Source: an uncultured Methanobrevibacter sp.
GTDB lineage: Archaea > Methanobacteriota > Methanobacteria > Methanobacteriales > Methanobacteriaceae
Assembly: GCF_947170395.1 (NCBI RefSeq)
Contig: NZ_CAMVTE010000007.1
Coordinates: 4,576 to 68,575, forward strand
Direction: 5' to 3'
Length of the DNA stretch: 64,000 nt
A model generated the notes under the pieces. The model worked only from the letters and a program-made list of their open reading frames with translations, had not been told where the DNA came from and searched no databases. The position numbers and the translations under genes are program-made. Positions 11,931 through 23,753 of this stretch are shown in pieces. Numbering within the stretch: the stretch's first letter is position 1; the number at the start of each line of letters is the position of its first letter.

Positions 11931-13126
11931 TACTTAATTTAAGGGTTGACCATAAGATGGCTGATATTCAGTCAATGGAAAATATTTCAAAGGAAATGGA
12001 TGAGCTGTTCTGGAAACTCCAGGAAAAATATTCCGTTGGAGAATATGTGGAGATTTCAACATGCAACAGGAAGGAATACTACATTAACAATGACAACATT
12101 CCGGAAGATGATGAACTGCTCTCCCATGAAAATCAGAGCATTCTAATTGAATATGGTCAATCAGCGGTTATGCATTTGCTGCGTATGACTTCAGGTCTGG
12201 AATCCATGATTGTCGGTGAAGACCAGATTTTGGGTCAGGTAAAGGATGCAAAGAATAAGGCAGTAAAAAATCATCACTGCGGAAAATCCCTCGATGCAAT
12301 TTTTACAAAGGCCATTCACGTTGGCCAGGTTGTAAGAAACAAGACCAACATTAACAAGGGGTCTGTTTCAATCGGTTCTGCAGCCATTGATCTTGCAGAA
12401 AAGCATATCGGCAGTTTGGATGACAAGTCAGTTCTTGTTATCGGTGCCGGAAAGATGGGCAGATTGGTTGCCAAGGCGCTTGCAGAAAAGGATTTGAATG
12501 CTATTTTTGTTGCAAACAGAACTTATTATGTTGCAGTTGACCTTGCAAAGGATTTGGGTGGAGAAGCTATTTTATTCAATGATTTGGAAGAATATTTGGC
12601 CACTGCGGATTTGGTAATAAGCGCAACCAGTGCTCCACATGCAATAATTGATAAAAAACGTCTGTTAGGTATTGAAAGGGATTATGAAAGCTTGATGATA
12701 GTTGATATTGCAAATCCTCGTGATATATCTGAAGATGTCTGTGAATTGGGTGTTAAATCTTTCAATATTGATGATTTAAGGGAAATTGCTGATGAAAATA
12801 CTCGCCTCAGAATCAAGGAGTTCGGTGAAGCTGAAAACATCATCGAAGAAGAGTTCCTTTTACTTAAAGAAAGCTTCAAAATAATGGAAGTTGAAGAAAT
12901 TCTTGGTAATTTAAGAGCATCTATGGAAGATATAAGACAACGTGAAACTCAAAAAGCTAGTGTTAAGTTGGCTGATATAGATGGCAGTGCAAAAATTCTT
13001 GATAATTTAACAAATTCCATTGTCAATAAGATATTCTTTGACATTTCCAAAAATGTTAAGGCAGCCGCAAAGGATGAAAACAAGGATATTATTGAAGCTG
13101 CAGAATACATTTTCGATTCAAAATAA
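11927..13126 (+). CDS. hemA: Glutamyl-tRNA reductase
   Basis: STCNR, SGLESMIVGEDQILGQVK, GAGKMG, DIANPRD. Confidence 0.95.
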   Translation: MILNLRVDHKMADIQSMENISKEMDELFWKLQEKYSVGEYVEISTCNRKEYYINNDNIPEDDELLSHENQSILIEYGQSAVMHLLRMTSGLESMIVGEDQILGQVKDAKNKAVKNHHCGKSLDAIFTKAIHVGQVVRNKTNINKGSVSIGSAAIDLAEKHIGSLDDKSVLVIGAGKMGRLVAKALAEKDLNAIFVANRTYYVAVDLAKDLGGEAILFNDLEEYLATADLVISATSAPHAIIDKKRLLGIERDYESLMIVDIANPRDISEDVCELGVKSFNIDDLREIADENTRLRIKEFGEAENIIEEEFLLLKESFKIMEVEEILGNLRASMEDIRQRETQKASVKLADIDGSAKILDNLTNSIVNKIFFDISKNVKAAAKDENKDIIEAAEYIFDSK

Positions 13127-13133
13127 GGATGTT

Positions 13134-14258
13134 TTATTCAAACATCCCTTTGATATCCTGATTTTTTATTTTTGTTGATTTTATTGCATAGTCAATATTG
13201 GACATGACAATCATGTTGGAATCATTGGCTATTGCATTGTGAAGGGCGGTCTTCAGAATCTTTTCTTTAATGTCCCTTCCGGACAGTCCTTTGGTAAGTT
13301 TGGCGATTTTATTCAAATCCAAATCGTATTTCAAAGGCATTGTCTTCAGATTTTTTTCAATGATGGCTAATCTTTCTTCATCATCAGGCAGACTGAATTC
13401 GATTTCCTCTTCAAATCTGCTTCTCACAGCATAGTCAAGTGATGTCGGATTGTTTGTAGCTCCAATTGTTATTACTGATTCATTTTCACTTATTCCGTCC
13501 ATTTCGGTTAAAAGTGAATTTACTATTTCTGAAACGTCTCCTCTTAGAGACTGAAATGACCTGTGAAGTGCAATTGCATCAATTTCATCTATGAATATTA
13601 TGGATGGTGAATTTTCGCTTGCTTTTTTAAACAAATCGTGGATTTTAGATGCACCGTCTCCAACATGGTCGCCTATCAGTGAAGTTGCCTTGATTAAATA
13701 CAATGGAACATCAAGCTCGTTGGCAAGGGCCTTGACAAGCATGGTTTTACCGGTACCGGGAAGTCCGTAAAAGAGAATGTTTTTCGGTGCCCATGGTCCG
13801 AATGTTTCGGGGTTTTCCAGATATTTTGTTATCACCTTGACCTTGTTTTTGGCATTTTTCTGTCCAACAATGTCTGAAAGCAGTAATTTTGATTTGATTT
13901 TTGATTTATCGTTTAATTTGTTCAATTCGTCTGTTATAATCTTGATTTTTGTCTTTTCAGAAATTATGGAGTTGTTTGGTTTTGCGGTTACTATCTCAAA
14001 ACCGTAATCCGGGATGATTTTTTGATCAAACAAGTGTGATTTTTCGCATACCTCCAATCCCAGCCACTGTTCACGGGCATATTCTTCAAATAGCTTGGTG
14101 TTGGTAATTTCTATATCTTCGTCCATCAAATTGAATTCAAATGGATAACCAACAGGTTTAACTACAACAAGCTCAGCATAGTCTTTGTTTTCATTATCTT
14201 TAATGACCGGTTTGGAATTGGCTGATTTCATCTCTTGTTTTTTGTTGTCACTTTTCAA
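13134..14258 (-). CDS. AAA+ ATPase (archaeal single-domain type)
   Basis: Walker A GLPGTGKT, Walker B IIFIDE, second region of homology ATN...LDYAVRSRF. Confidence 0.9.
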   Translation of the reverse strand: MKSDNKKQEMKSANSKPVIKDNENKDYAELVVVKPVGYPFEFNLMDEDIEITNTKLFEEYAREQWLGLEVCEKSHLFDQKIIPDYGFEIVTAKPNNSIISEKTKIKIITDELNKLNDKSKIKSKLLLSDIVGQKNAKNKVKVITKYLENPETFGPWAPKNILFYGLPGTGKTMLVKALANELDVPLYLIKATSLIGDHVGDGASKIHDLFKKASENSPSIIFIDEIDAIALHRSFQSLRGDVSEIVNSLLTEMDGISENESVITIGATNNPTSLDYAVRSRFEEEIEFSLPDDEERLAIIEKNLKTMPLKYDLDLNKIAKLTKGLSGRDIKEKILKTALHNAIANDSNMIVMSNIDYAIKSTKIKNQDIKGMFE

Positions 14259-14359
14259 ATCATCACCTCCTATGGCTCAATTTTAACATTTTTCTTATTT
14301 GTTTTAATTATTTAAATAGTTGTTGAAAGTAATATATCTATTGAATGGGAGTATAGTTT

Positions 14360-15430
14360 ATGAGTTTTAGAACAAGAAGAGTCGTATTCATGACGCCATT
14401 TTATATGCTGTTTGAATTTTTCCTGCTTAAATACACATTGGCGCTTTTGGGTGATGTCAGTGACATCTATTTGATTTTACTGACTGTGGTTATTGGTCTG
14501 CTGCATGTTGTGCCGATGTTTTTTGAGGCAAAAAAGTCAACACCTATGGGCAGGATGTGCCAGACGGTTGACGGCGTTTGGATGTGGGCATCATTGATGT
14601 TTCTAATTGATATAATAATCATTTATGCTCTTGGCATGTTTGTTGAGTTGCCTTTGATGATTAAAATTGCATTGTTGGCTATTGTTCCGATTTTAGGCAT
14701 TTACAATTATTATAAGGCTCATAAACTGGTTGTAAATGAAAAGACAATCGTGTTGGATAATTTGTCCCGTGAAATAAACATTGCTCATTTGTCTGATGTT
14801 CATTTCGGTTCTGTAAGGCACAGGGAAGTCATTAAAAAGGTCGCAGATAAGTTGAAGGAACTTGAAGATACCTGTGAAATAGCCATCATATCTGGTGATT
14901 TGGCCGACGGGTCATCTGTTGTTGAAGAGGATGATTTTTGTGAACTTAAAAAGGTCAATATGCCTATAATATTCACTCCGGGAAATCATGATTTCTATCC
15001 TGGTCTTGAAAATGTCTTCAGAGCATGCAAAAAGGCAGGAATCATTATTTTGGATAATCAAAGCTTTGAATTTGAATGTCTTAATATTTTCGGCTTGACA
15101 TTCAGTTTTGAGGATAGGGCAGTTCCAAAAATTGATGAAACACTTATTCGTGACGGTTTTGTAAACATCATAAATTATCATGTCCCCTATTATTTTGATG
15201 AGTTTTCCAAAATTGGTTTTGACATCCAGCTTTCAGGCCATACTCATGGGGGACAGTTCTATCCTGCAAAAACCTTTGCAGAAAGATTGTTCGAATACAA
15301 TATGGGTCTTTTCAAGAATGATTTGGGCAAATATATTCATGTGACAACAGGTGTCGGTTCAATGGATACTCCAATGAGATGGGGAACCGATTCCGAGATT
15401 GTCGTTTTGAAATTGAAAAAGAGAAATTGA
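14360..15430 (+). CDS. Membrane-anchored metallophosphoesterase
   Basis: N-terminal TM helices; DVH, GD, GNHD, GHTHGGQ. Confidence 0.9.
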   Translation: MSFRTRRVVFMTPFYMLFEFFLLKYTLALLGDVSDIYLILLTVVIGLLHVVPMFFEAKKSTPMGRMCQTVDGVWMWASLMFLIDIIIIYALGMFVELPLMIKIALLAIVPILGIYNYYKAHKLVVNEKTIVLDNLSREINIAHLSDVHFGSVRHREVIKKVADKLKELEDTCEIAIISGDLADGSSVVEEDDFCELKKVNMPIIFTPGNHDFYPGLENVFRACKKAGIIILDNQSFEFECLNIFGLTFSFEDRAVPKIDETLIRDGFVNIINYHVPYYFDEFSKIGFDIQLSGHTHGGQFYPAKTFAERLFEYNMGLFKNDLGKYIHVTTGVGSMDTPMRWGTDSEIVVLKLKKRN

Positions 15431-15479
15431 ATATAAGTTTTTAAATGACTTTCATCTAATATTAACTTAGGTATTTATC

Positions 15480-15992
15480 ATGGCAATAGAAAATAATCAC
15501 AATCACTTTTGTATTTACTGCGGAGCGAAAATAGATTCCAAGCAGAATTTCTGTGCGGTATGTGGAAAACCGGTTTACAAGGATGAGCCTGAAGTTCGAA
15601 TCCATCCTTCAAAATATAATGCTAAAATTGAGGAACTGGCTCAGGAGTATGATGTCAAACAGGCAAGAGCTAGTGAACTGGTTGAAAAGCTTTTCGATCC
15701 AAATCACCTGGCTTATGAGAGATTTTCAGCTTCAATAAATAAATCCAACAATCTTTTTGATATTCAATTGGGAATTGCAAAAAAGATGGCTGAAATAGAC
15801 GTTGATGAAAATCCTTTTGTTGAAAAGGAAATGGAATCCAAACTGGTTACTCTGCAGACTTTCATCGACAAGATGGATGATTTGACAAATGAACTGATTA
15901 TTCATTTAAGTTCAAATAAACAGGATAATGATGATATAAATAATCTTTTTAAGGATATGGATGATTTAATAGATTCCGTTAAGGATTATTAA
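15480..15992 (+). CDS. Zinc-ribbon domain protein
   Basis: CIYCG...CAVCG N-terminus followed by a helical region. Confidence 0.75.
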   Translation: MAIENNHNHFCIYCGAKIDSKQNFCAVCGKPVYKDEPEVRIHPSKYNAKIEELAQEYDVKQARASELVEKLFDPNHLAYERFSASINKSNNLFDIQLGIAKKMAEIDVDENPFVEKEMESKLVTLQTFIDKMDDLTNELIIHLSSNKQDNDDINNLFKDMDDLIDSVKDY

Positions 15993-16825
15993 ATCATGCT
16001 TTCATATATTTCTTTCATTTTAAGTGCGTCAACATCTCTTAAAGGTGTTTCGCAGATGATATTTGCCTTCCAGCCATTGTCAATAAGATTTGCCAGCAAA
16101 TCCTTAATGTTCGGACCGTATTCATCACTTTCATCAAGCGTGTGGTGTTTCACTTCACCATGATTTGAATATTCTATGGTTGTAAAGTGACAGTGCAGGC
16201 GGTCAATGTCAAGCTTGTTTTCGATTGTTGAGAATATGCAGTTGTAATCGTCTTTTTTTGTTAGAAATCCTCTTCCACGGGCATGGATATGGGCAAAATC
16301 TATTGTAGGTTCGAAATGATCAAATGTTGCACACAAGTCAACGATTTCTTCGATGTTTCCCTGTTGTGTTCTTTTGCCTGTGGTTTCAGGTGCGAATGTG
16401 AACTCCTCGATTCCTTCAGCTTCAAGTTCTTCAAACAATCTTCTAACTGTATCTTTTGATATTTCCATCGCCTTTTCAGGCTTTCTGTTCAGATATGCTC
16501 CTGGGTGGAATACCAGTCTGTAGGCGCCCATCCATTCTCCTGCACGTGCCATTGAAACGAGATGGCCGAGACTCTTTTCAAGCTTGTCTTCTTCCTTTGC
16601 ACATAAATTAATATAATATGGACCATGCATTGAAATCAGAACGTCATTCTTTTCGGATTCCTTTTTCAATGTGGTTGCAGAACTTTCACCAATCCTTACT
16701 CCATAGGGGGATTGATATTCGTATGAATCAAGTCCTTCCTCATGGATATATTTCGGAGCCTTATATGCCGCTCCCTTATAATTGACAGGGCTTCCTGCAG
16801 GACCAAAAAGTACATCATGTTTCAT
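15989..16825 (-). CDS. Endonuclease IV family AP endonuclease
   Basis: HGPYYINL, FHPG, PETTGK, DFAH, HCHF, ICETP. Confidence 0.88.
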   Translation of the reverse strand: MKHDVLFGPAGSPVNYKGAAYKAPKYIHEEGLDSYEYQSPYGVRIGESSATTLKKESEKNDVLISMHGPYYINLCAKEEDKLEKSLGHLVSMARAGEWMGAYRLVFHPGAYLNRKPEKAMEISKDTVRRLFEELEAEGIEEFTFAPETTGKRTQQGNIEEIVDLCATFDHFEPTIDFAHIHARGRGFLTKKDDYNCIFSTIENKLDIDRLHCHFTTIEYSNHGEVKHHTLDESDEYGPNIKDLLANLIDNGWKANIICETPLRDVDALKMKEIYESMI

Positions 16826-16861
16826 TTAAATCAGTTAAAAAAATAGTAAAAAAAGGGGAAT

Positions 16862-17878
16862 TTAGAATATTCCCATAGCTTTGTTGGTTTTTGCAATTGA
16901 CTTTTCGTTGTCACTTTCCATTTCAAGGAGTGCACGAATCGCATCGATGTTTTCAGGAATTACGTCAGATTCCTGGTGTACAGCTTGCATGTAGAACAGT
17001 TCATTTCCAACGACATTGATGGATTCTTTCCATACTGGAATTTCATATAAGTCGTTTCTGTTTCTTCCAAGCTCTTTAGCATATTCCATAAGCTCAGCGG
17101 TTGAACCTAAACCTTCTTCAGCTGACACTACAATGACTCTTGAACGTTTTTCCAATGCTTCAACGATTTCTTCGGTTTCAACATCGTTGTTGATTTCAAC
17201 CATGATGTTGTGTTGGTGCATCAGGGTAGTAGGAACGAGCAATGCCATTGTGGTTACATCAATGCCGTTCATTACGGTCTTTACGTCAGGACCGTGGTGG
17301 GAAGGCACTTTTGGAGGGTTAGGAACAATTGCGTTGATTGGACCCTTTTTGATTTCTGATGGGTCTGATCCTCTTCTAACCATTACTGCCCTTACTTTTT
17401 TAATGTCTGCAATAGGGTCAATTGTTGATAATGTACGGGTGAGTCCGGTAGTGTTACATGAAACTACTCTTGTGTAATCTGCACCGTATGAATCATCATA
17501 ATTTGAAATAGCATTAAATGAAAGACCGGTCAATTCGTGGTCTTCTCCACCTTGATAAATAGCTTTAACGCCTGCTTTTTTATACATTTCAAGATTTTGA
17601 GGTCCGATGCTTCCAGGTGTACAGTCGACAACAACATCTGCTTCCCGAATCATGTCTTCAACGGTACCGGCTATTTCAATTCCGGCGTCTTTAAATAATT
17701 GTTCTCTTTCCGGAATTCCAATGTATAACGGATAGCCTTTTTCTTCAACTGCAGTTCTTGCTTCGTAGTTTGGTCTAGTTTTACTTACACCAATTACTTT
17801 CATATCATCCTGAGCAGCTACTGCATCAGCCACTCTTTTACCGATGGTTCCATAACCATTAATTGCAACAGTTTTCAT
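16862..17878 (-). CDS. gap: Archaeal (type II) glyceraldehyde-3-phosphate dehydrogenase
   Basis: [37 protein letters not shown]. Confidence 0.95.
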   Translation of the reverse strand: MKTVAINGYGTIGKRVADAVAAQDDMKVIGVSKTRPNYEARTAVEEKGYPLYIGIPEREQLFKDAGIEIAGTVEDMIREADVVVDCTPGSIGPQNLEMYKKAGVKAIYQGGEDHELTGLSFNAISNYDDSYGADYTRVVSCNTTGLTRTLSTIDPIADIKKVRAVMVRRGSDPSEIKKGPINAIVPNPPKVPSHHGPDVKTVMNGIDVTTMALLVPTTLMHQHNIMVEINNDVETEEIVEALEKRSRVIVVSAEEGLGSTAELMEYAKELGRNRNDLYEIPVWKESINVVGNELFYMQAVHQESDVIPENIDAIRALLEMESDNEKSIAKTNKAMGIF

Positions 17879-17999
17879 TTTAATCCCTTTTTTATTTATA
17901 ATAATTTTAAAAATATTATTATATGGATTAAAATTTATTGTTTAAGTTATTTATAATTTGATATTTGAAAATTAGAAAAAAATAAAAAAAGAAGTAGAA

Positions 18000-18203
18000 T
18001 TATTCTACTTTGAATCCAGCTTCTTCGACAGCTTCGTTAATGTCTGCATCACTTACTTCGCCGGACATTGTGATGGTGGTGATTCCGGAGTCCAAATCTG
18101 CTTTGGCGTCATCGATTCCATCTACGTCTTTTAAGCAAAGTTCAACAGCGTTTACGCATGATGGGCAGTGCATGCCCACTACTTTAATTTCTTTTTCAGC
18201 CAT
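18000..18203 (-). CDS. CopZ-like heavy-metal chaperone (HMA domain)
   Basis: GMHCPSC motif, 67 aa. Confidence 0.9.
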   Translation of the reverse strand: MAEKEIKVVGMHCPSCVNAVELCLKDVDGIDDAKADLDSGITTITMSGEVSDADINEAVEEAGFKVE

Positions 18204-18266
18204 TTTTATTCACCTTTAATTGATATGTAATAGTAGGTCATCGGATTATTTAAATTTTTAGTATGC

Positions 18267-20081
18267 CTAACTTTTTGATGTTTTGTAGTTGACTAATGTA
18301 GAGGAATAAATGATGACAATAACGGACCCGATATTGTGAACCAATGCCCCTTCAATCGGGTTTAGACTGCCCAGAAGAGCCAATGCCATTGCCAGGAAAT
18401 TCAATCCGAGGGAAAATGCTATGTTGAGGTTAATTGTCTTTATTGTTTTTCTGGCAATAGATATTAAATGAGGCATATCTTCAATGTTGTCGTTGATAAG
18501 AGCAATATTGGCGGCATCAATTGATATGTCGCTTCCAATGCTTCCCATCGCTATTCCGACATTGGCCTTTCTTAGGGCAGGAGCATCATTTATCCCGTCG
18601 CCAATCATCGCAATCTTTTCGTCATTCATCTGTTTTTGTTTAATGTATTCGCTTTTATCTTCTGGAAGGCAATTGAATCTGGCGTTGTCGACGTTGACTT
18701 TTCCTGCAATGTATGAGCCGGTTTTTTCGTTGTCACCTGTAAGCAGTGTGGTCTTTATTCCCAATGTTTTCAATTTTTCAATTGTGCCTTTTGAGTTTTC
18801 TCTAACGACATCTGTTAAAATGACTTTACCAAGCATTTCTTTGTTTTTGCACACATATATTGCTGTTTCGCCGTTTTTCAATTGATTGTTATCATCAACG
18901 GCAATGTTTTTGTCTTCAAGAAACTTTCTGTTTCCTGCAATTATTGTATCGCCATCGATTTTTCCTTTCACTCCCTTTCCAAGATTAAGTTCAAAATCAG
19001 ACACTTCGGCCAAATCATTGCCGTTATAGTGTCTTACAATTGATTTTGCCAAAGGATGTTCTGATTTTGACTCGAGAGATGCGAGTAGATACATCATCTC
19101 TTCTTCGTTGACTGATTCTATTTTGGTTACTTTTGGTTTTCCATATGTCAATGTTCCGGTTTTGTCGAATATCAATTCGTCAATGTAAGCTAGCTCCTCT
19201 ATTGATGATCCGTCCTTTACCAGAATTCCATATTTTGTGAGATTTCCGATACTTGCCATAATCGCTGTAGGTGTGGCAAGCACCAATGCACAAGGACAGA
19301 ATACCACCAGAACGGTAACTGACCTTGTTATTTCAAAGGTTATCAGATATATTAATATTGCTGCAGAAAATGCTATTGCAACAATCAATGCTGCCCATTT
19401 GTCTGCGGTCTTTACGATTTCTGCATTTTCGGGTTTTGATGTTTCAACCAATCTGATTAATTTTTGTAGGGAACTGTCCTGGCTGATTTTTGTTGTTTTC
19501 ATTTTAAATGATCCGTAGAGATTTATTGTTCCGCTGTAAACCTCGTCATCCTTTATCTTGTCAACGGGCATTGATTCGCCTGTCAGCATGGACTGGTCGA
19601 TTGATGTTTCGCCTTCAACAATTATTCCGTCAGTTGGTATGTTTTCGCCTGGAAGAACTTTTAGGATGTCTCCGACTTGTACTTGTTCGACAGAAATTTT
19701 TTCTTCGATTTTGTTTCTAATTCTTGTTGCAACTTGAGGTGTTAGTTTAACAAGTTCCTTTATTCTTCCTTGAGTTCTGGATACAGTATATTCTTCTAAA
19801 AATCCACCGATTGCCATTATTGTTGCAATTTCACCTGCTGCAAAAACTTCTCCAATAATAATTGAAGCTATTATTGCTATGGATACAAGCAAATCCGCCT
19901 TTATGTCGAATTCACTTACTAATCCTTCAATACATTCTTTTAATATCGGTAATCCACAGAGTATTACTGCGACCCAAGATAGATAATCGAGTGATTGAGT
20001 AAAGCTTGCAATAAGACTTGCTGTGGACACAATTATTAGTAGTAAGTCAATCTTTTGACTTTTGTCTAATTTGATTTTCAT
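18267..20081 (-). CDS. P1B-type heavy-metal translocating ATPase
   Basis: TGES, CPC, DKTGT, SEHPL, GDGINDAP; no N-terminal metal-binding domain; ATG at 20081 preferred. Confidence 0.92.
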   Translation of the reverse strand: MKIKLDKSQKIDLLLIIVSTASLIASFTQSLDYLSWVAVILCGLPILKECIEGLVSEFDIKADLLVSIAIIASIIIGEVFAAGEIATIMAIGGFLEEYTVSRTQGRIKELVKLTPQVATRIRNKIEEKISVEQVQVGDILKVLPGENIPTDGIIVEGETSIDQSMLTGESMPVDKIKDDEVYSGTINLYGSFKMKTTKISQDSSLQKLIRLVETSKPENAEIVKTADKWAALIVAIAFSAAILIYLITFEITRSVTVLVVFCPCALVLATPTAIMASIGNLTKYGILVKDGSSIEELAYIDELIFDKTGTLTYGKPKVTKIESVNEEEMMYLLASLESKSEHPLAKSIVRHYNGNDLAEVSDFELNLGKGVKGKIDGDTIIAGNRKFLEDKNIAVDDNNQLKNGETAIYVCKNKEMLGKVILTDVVRENSKGTIEKLKTLGIKTTLLTGDNEKTGSYIAGKVNVDNARFNCLPEDKSEYIKQKQMNDEKIAMIGDGINDAPALRKANVGIAMGSIGSDISIDAANIALINDNIEDMPHLISIARKTIKTINLNIAFSLGLNFLAMALALLGSLNPIEGALVHNIGSVIVIIYSSTLVNYKTSKS

Positions 20082-20105
20082 ATTAAACAGCCCCAATAGT
20101 ATAGG

Positions 20106-20123
20106 TATACCCCATAGGGTATA
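20106..20123. promoter_or_regulatory. Putative CsoR-type operator upstream of the ATPase
   Basis: Palindrome TATACCC-CATA-GGGTATA; near-identical copy at 20427. Confidence 0.75.
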
Positions 20124-20141
20124 GTATAATTTGAAAAAAAA

Positions 20142-20414
20142 TTATAGTCGTGAGTAGTATTCCATTATTGTTGAAATGTCACTCAATGCGTCATCTGCAT
20201 CACCCTGTTCAATTGCATCTCTGACACAATGTTCAAGGTGTCCTTCAACTATAATATGGCCAACTTTATGTAATGCGGATTTTGATGCGTTTATTTGCAT
20301 TAATATCTGTTCACATGGAATGTCTTCATCAATCATGCGGTCAATTGCATTGATCTGTCCGATGATTTTTTTAAGTCTTCTATGTAAATTTTCACTGTCC
20401 ATACATTCTTTCAA
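20142..20414 (-). CDS. CsoR/RcnR family metal-sensing repressor
   Basis: RLKKIIGQ, C in DIPCEQIL, HLEHCV; TTG start at 20414 inferred. Confidence 0.88.
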   Translation of the reverse strand: MKECMDSENLHRRLKKIIGQINAIDRMIDEDIPCEQILMQINASKSALHKVGHIIVEGHLEHCVRDAIEQGDADDALSDISTIMEYYSRL

Positions 20415-20426
20415 ATTAACACAACC

Positions 20427-20444
20427 TATACCTGCTAGGGTATA
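20427..20444. promoter_or_regulatory. Putative CsoR-type operator (autoregulation)
   Basis: TATACCTGCTAGGGTATA between a TATA-like box (~20457-20464, minus strand) and the csoR start. Confidence 0.72.
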
Positions 20445-20514
20445 TGAATCTTTTAGTATATAAATGTTTGGATGGCGAAAAAAATAAAAAAAGAAAAGGA
20501 GGAAAACATCAAGA

Positions 20515-21615
20515 CTATGCTTGATTTTCCATTTCCTCAAATTTAGCTGGGAAATATTCGTCTACAACGTATTCTAACCCATATTTTGAGAAAGATTGCT
20601 GTTCTGCTTTCTTACCGATTTTAAGCATCTTTTTAATTTCAGTTTGCCAGAAATCAGTTTTATACCTTGGGTCTTTTGAAAGCTCTTTCAGTCTCATGAC
20701 GTCAACATCTTTGAGTTTGTCTGTTGGAAGGTCATAGTTGATAATGTCTGATGCTGTTACTCCAATGAATTTCGCATCAGGAGTAGCTAACTGACTGTTA
20801 ACGTGAGCTAATTTTGCACTTCCAGAAATGATAACCTGTGCAATGTGGAATCCCCAAGGGTCTCCGTCGTTACAGATATAGACTGGCAAATCAAGGTCGT
20901 GGTTAACCCTTTTAATGAATCTTCTTGTAGCACGGGCAGCCTGTCCCTTAAGCCCGACAATCAAACAGTTGAATCTTTTGTGAGCATTTTCCTGCACGAG
21001 CCTGTGGAACATTCCCATGGTTTCCACTGCCAATACCTTATCGACATTGTGGTCTAAAAAGTCCACCTGGTCAATTGTTGGTGAGATTGTATAACCTGAT
21101 TTTCCCATTTTGGCAGCATTGACTTCAGTACCTTCATCCAATAGGGTGAGGTCACCATAAACTGATGCTCCGTCTTCTTCCGGCATTAACCCTAACTCTT
21201 CACGAGTGGTTCCTAAAGTAACTTCCAAATCTTCTCCAACAATGTTTGATTCCTGCTGTGTTTTGAAACTGATTCCCCAACCTTCAGAAACGTAATACAT
21301 CTCCCTGATGGTAGCGGTCTTTTCACGAGCTACAAGATCTTTACAGAAATTACCTACATAAACCATCTGGCCCAATTTTCTGATTTGCTTTACGTTACCG
21401 AGAGATCTTCTTCCGAATCTGTCTCCCAATACGTAGTATCTTTCTGCAGTGTCATAAATGATATTTCCGGTACCTCTGGATGGGACTTTAATGGAAGGAA
21501 CTTTGTTTTTCTCAATATCTTCGATGATTTCCTGTCCTAACCCTGTAAGTTTATTAAGAGTGTACTCTTTTCTTTCTTCCTTATGTGATTTACCGCCTTC
21601 TGGCTTTTTACTCAT
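20515..21615 (-). CDS. top6A: DNA topoisomerase VI subunit A
   Basis: TIREMYY, TOPRIM DGDPWG, KAEQQS. Confidence 0.95.
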   Translation of the reverse strand: MSKKPEGGKSHKEERKEYTLNKLTGLGQEIIEDIEKNKVPSIKVPSRGTGNIIYDTAERYYVLGDRFGRRSLGNVKQIRKLGQMVYVGNFCKDLVAREKTATIREMYYVSEGWGISFKTQQESNIVGEDLEVTLGTTREELGLMPEEDGASVYGDLTLLDEGTEVNAAKMGKSGYTISPTIDQVDFLDHNVDKVLAVETMGMFHRLVQENAHKRFNCLIVGLKGQAARATRRFIKRVNHDLDLPVYICNDGDPWGFHIAQVIISGSAKLAHVNSQLATPDAKFIGVTASDIINYDLPTDKLKDVDVMRLKELSKDPRYKTDFWQTEIKKMLKIGKKAEQQSFSKYGLEYVVDEYFPAKFEEMENQA

Positions 21616-21623
21616 TTAAATCA

Positions 21624-23336
21624 CTACTCCTCAAATTCCTCTTCATTATCATCATTGTCTATGAAATTGTCTAATGTGGAACTGCCTGATTCGACAGTGC
21701 GTCCGAATTCATCAACCTCTTCCATGATGATTGCATCAAGTTCTTCCTCTTCCTCTTCTTCTTCCACTTTCTCTCCAAGCAATTCGGCAAGAGCCCTTTT
21801 GGTTACTTTTGCCAGAACCTCATGGTATTCAGGAACTCCTGTTTCACCAAGTTTTGCAGCTTCTTCGATAATTACAGGAACGTATTCTTCGAATACTTTT
21901 GAACGTTTTTCCTTTTCCTTGGCTGCTCTTTTGGCTCTGATATGCTTTTGAAGTTTACGTGCCAGTTTCATTGTGGCCTGTCTGATTTCGTGAACGATTT
22001 CAGGTTCAGGTGAAACACTTTGTTTTCCTGTTGAAAGGTAAGGTACCTGTGTTGAGATAATATTTACAAATAATGTCAATGGAGTGTTGTCCATATCTCT
22101 TAAACCGTAACGTTTCCAGTCGATACTTTTAAGGGCTTCTGTAATTGCACAGCTTCCTGCATCAAATGTCAATGGAACTCTGTTAGCGAACCTCATGATT
22201 TCTGATTTTCTTTTCTCGCTGACAACTCTTCCTGCATCTCCACCGTAGGCAAGACCCGCTTCAATAATGAATGAAACACCACCTGCGTATGTAACAGGTT
22301 TTCTTGTAATTGTCGCTACAAATTCAGGTTTAAGGATTTGTTTCATACCCTTTTCGATTTGTTCGGATCCGATTGGTATAAGTCCGTCGGTTGGCGGAGC
22401 CATGAATTTCATTTTCTTGAAGCAGTGGACAATAGCTTCAGCTTCAGGGAATGTCATTGCTTTCGGACGTTTGTTCATGTCAATTCCAGTTACCTCAGCA
22501 ATTTCATCAACTCTTTTGTTTGACATTCTGGACATTGAAGAAGTCATCATACTTTTGTATCTTCTTTTGTCGGTATTTTTAGCCATTGTCATTAAGTCAT
22601 CTGCACTTACACCTTTTGGGTGAGGCAATACTTCTTTTGGCTGTACTGGAACGACGTCAGCCGCTCTTTTAAAGATGTATTTGTGTCCGGATGGGTCCCT
22701 GAATGTAATCTTTGCATGAGGGTTTCCGATCATGGTTCTTCTGATGTATTCAAAAGCACCCTGTTCTGCCAATGAGTAGGACACGTCTTTGAATTGCAGT
22801 TCAATGCATACACCAGTACTTTCTGCTGGATAATCCTCTCTTTCCATCAGGATTCCACGGTTATTTTCAACATCCATCTGGAACTTCATCTTAACTCCCT
22901 TGATTTCATCGCCTTCCTTGTAGCATGAAATTACACGGGCAGGTTTACCGGTGGTCATCTGTGAGAGAAGTACACAACCACTACAACCTAAACCCTGCTG
23001 TCCTCTGGATTGGATGTTTCTGAATTTGGATCCTGCAAACATCATACAATATACCTGCATTACATAATCTTCAGGAATTCCGGGTCCGTTATCCTTATGT
23101 CTTAAAATATAATGTTCCTTATCAATACGTTTCAATTCAATATCGATATCAGGCAATATTCCAGCTTCTTCGGCTGCGTCAAAACTGTTTGTAATCAGTT
23201 CGTGAAATACAATAGTTAATGAACGAATTTTACCTGTAAATCCAAGCATCTGCTTGTTTTTTCTAAAGAACTGTGATGGGGTTAACCTTTGAAAGTCTTC
23301 TTCCCAATCAAGTCCCATTTGTTGTTCCGGGGCCAA
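21624..23336 (-). CDS. top6B: DNA topoisomerase VI subunit B
   Basis: GHKL motifs [23 protein letters not shown]; RFANRVPL. Confidence 0.95.
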   Translation of the reverse strand: MAPEQQMGLDWEEDFQRLTPSQFFRKNKQMLGFTGKIRSLTIVFHELITNSFDAAEEAGILPDIDIELKRIDKEHYILRHKDNGPGIPEDYVMQVYCMMFAGSKFRNIQSRGQQGLGCSGCVLLSQMTTGKPARVISCYKEGDEIKGVKMKFQMDVENNRGILMEREDYPAESTGVCIELQFKDVSYSLAEQGAFEYIRRTMIGNPHAKITFRDPSGHKYIFKRAADVVPVQPKEVLPHPKGVSADDLMTMAKNTDKRRYKSMMTSSMSRMSNKRVDEIAEVTGIDMNKRPKAMTFPEAEAIVHCFKKMKFMAPPTDGLIPIGSEQIEKGMKQILKPEFVATITRKPVTYAGGVSFIIEAGLAYGGDAGRVVSEKRKSEIMRFANRVPLTFDAGSCAITEALKSIDWKRYGLRDMDNTPLTLFVNIISTQVPYLSTGKQSVSPEPEIVHEIRQATMKLARKLQKHIRAKRAAKEKEKRSKVFEEYVPVIIEEAAKLGETGVPEYHEVLAKVTKRALAELLGEKVEEEEEEEELDAIIMEEVDEFGRTVESGSSTLDNFIDNDDNEEEFEE

Positions 23337-23753
23337 AATTTTTCCTCCTTAAATTATATGTTTTAATGTATTATATGATATTATATTTAAATCAAATGAG
23401 AGAGCATTTGAAAAGTAATATTAATTCGGTGCCCTAGCTAGTTCGATTAAATATATGGTAAAATAATAATTAAAAAACATGTAAAAAATATAGTATTTAC
23501 ACTACACTATCTATATATGTTGGTTACAGTATATAAGTTTTTACTATATTTTTAATAATTCTTATAGCAATCTTTTATTAAAATTGATTTGGTTGTAGAA
23601 TTGGTTTTCGTTTTGATTTTTTAAACTTTATCGGGCTTATTTTTCAAATTAAATAAAAAGTTGTACAGGTCTGTAAAATTGTTTTGGGTTCGTAAAATTG
23701 CTCTTATTTGATACTGGCTCCTTTAAATAAATTAAAAAACAAATAGCTTACTC

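Noticed and set aside
23425-23450. GTTCGA tRNA T-loop-like word in the top6B upstream region
   Set aside because: No cloverleaf or acceptor stem can be built.
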